A DNA stretch of 64,000 nucleotides from the human T2T-CHM13v2.0 reference genome, Homo sapiens: assembly GCF_009914755.1 (NCBI RefSeq), contig NC_060932.1, one strand, 5' to 3'. A model generated the notes under the pieces. It was given only the letters and a program-made list of their open reading frames with translations, did not search any database and was not told the origin of the DNA. How positions within the stretch are numbered: the stretch's first letter is position 1; each line of letters begins with the position of its first letter. A program made the translations under genes and the position numbers. This document shows, piece after piece, positions 59,528 through 64,000 of the stretch.

Positions 59528-60269
59528 CTGGCAAGAGAAGAGGAGGCCGCGAGGCCCCGCGCTGGACTAGCGCCACCTGAGGAGACCTGCACTTCTCTGG
59601 CCCTGCCGCCTTCCCTCCCAGTGCAGCCCTGTCCCTGTCATTGTCATCAGTCATCCATCACAGCAAAAGACCAGCCGGGATCAAAGGTGGAAGCTCAGCC
59701 CCACCCCAGCTGCCAAGTCAGATACAGAGGAGGGCCGTGGGTGGAGGGTGAGCAGCCCGTCAGGACCTGACTCGCAGGAGGGTGAGATGCTCGACACAAC
59801 AGACTGAGGCCGGCCCAAACAGGATGAGGGCAGCGAGACCAGGCCCGAGAAAGCAAACACAAATGTCCTTTAACCTCCGGGAAGCCGCTAAGCCCTCCTT
59901 CCTGCCTCCTTAGGGAAAGCAAATTTCAGCACAGAGATGCCCTTTCCACATTACTTGCACCCTCCAATGCCAGAACATCACCCACACATGCAACCTCTGA
60001 CCCCAACTCTTCTAGGAATTTGTGCCACAAACACTCGAATGTGCGTGGAAAGACAAACTTGCGCCTGCAAAAATACGGCTGAGAATGGGGCAGCCCGCCG
60101 GGCCAGAAGCATAGGTCCGGGGAAGTGCCTTCCCAGCATGAGCCACATCCCCAGGGGCCGAGGGGCACATGAGGGGCTGCTATTTATGTGAAAACAAGGA
60201 GGGAAAACAGAGGAAGAGCCAGCACGCACACACAGTCCTTCTGGAAATGCTTAAGAAATTTCTCTTGGC

Positions 60270-61075
<806 letters not shown>

Positions 61076-61084
61076 ACCGCAGCC

Positions 61085-63480
<2,396 letters not shown>

Positions 63481-63627
63481 AGAGTCTGGCACCTTCTTCT
63501 CATTTCCTGACCCCACAATGACAATCACAAACCTCCTCGGCGGCCAGGGTCTCCTCCTCCCACGGCTCCATGTGTCCCACTCTTGTCCACAAGGCATATA
63601 GTTTGTATTTTTAAAAATCACAAAGTT

Positions 63628-63999
<372 letters not shown>

Positions 64000-64000
64000 G

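Overview
This is human genomic DNA: GC-rich and Alu-dense, with AluY and an HML-2 LTR5 element. I recognise it as the 8q24.3 cluster ZFP41(3' non-coding part)-GLI4-MINCR-ZNF696-TOP1MT(3' end). Two complete spliced KRAB-less C2H2 zinc-finger genes on + can be rebuilt base by base: GLI4 (376 aa, 7 fingers) and ZNF696 (374 aa, 9 fingers). The window also holds the last two coding exons of mitochondrial topoisomerase I on -, including the catalytic Tyr, and a short spliced lncRNA on - (MINCR). Most of the remainder is Alu, L1, MIR, MaLR and DNA-transposon debris plus four VNTRs. The least expected signals are: a heavily decayed C2H2 finger array at 31.35-32.07 kb lying back-to-back with the MINCR promoter (candidate dead fourth ZNF gene); a non-transposon 277-bp inverted repeat (18 mismatches, 438-bp spacer) next to an orphan CpG-island promoter; a solo LTR5_Hs-like LTR with an octamer motif nested inside an Alu; a pure (CTG)14 in GLI4 intron 1; and a 45-bp inverted templated insertion. 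Gene names and repeat families come from my recall of these sequences, not from database searches, and repeat boundaries are approximate. Nearly all other ORFs in the supplied track are GC-content, Alu or tandem-repeat artefacts. I do not see a wholly new multi-gene system. The best candidate for something undescribed is the dead-ZNF / orphan-promoter / inverted-repeat / antisense-lncRNA module at 27-32 kb.
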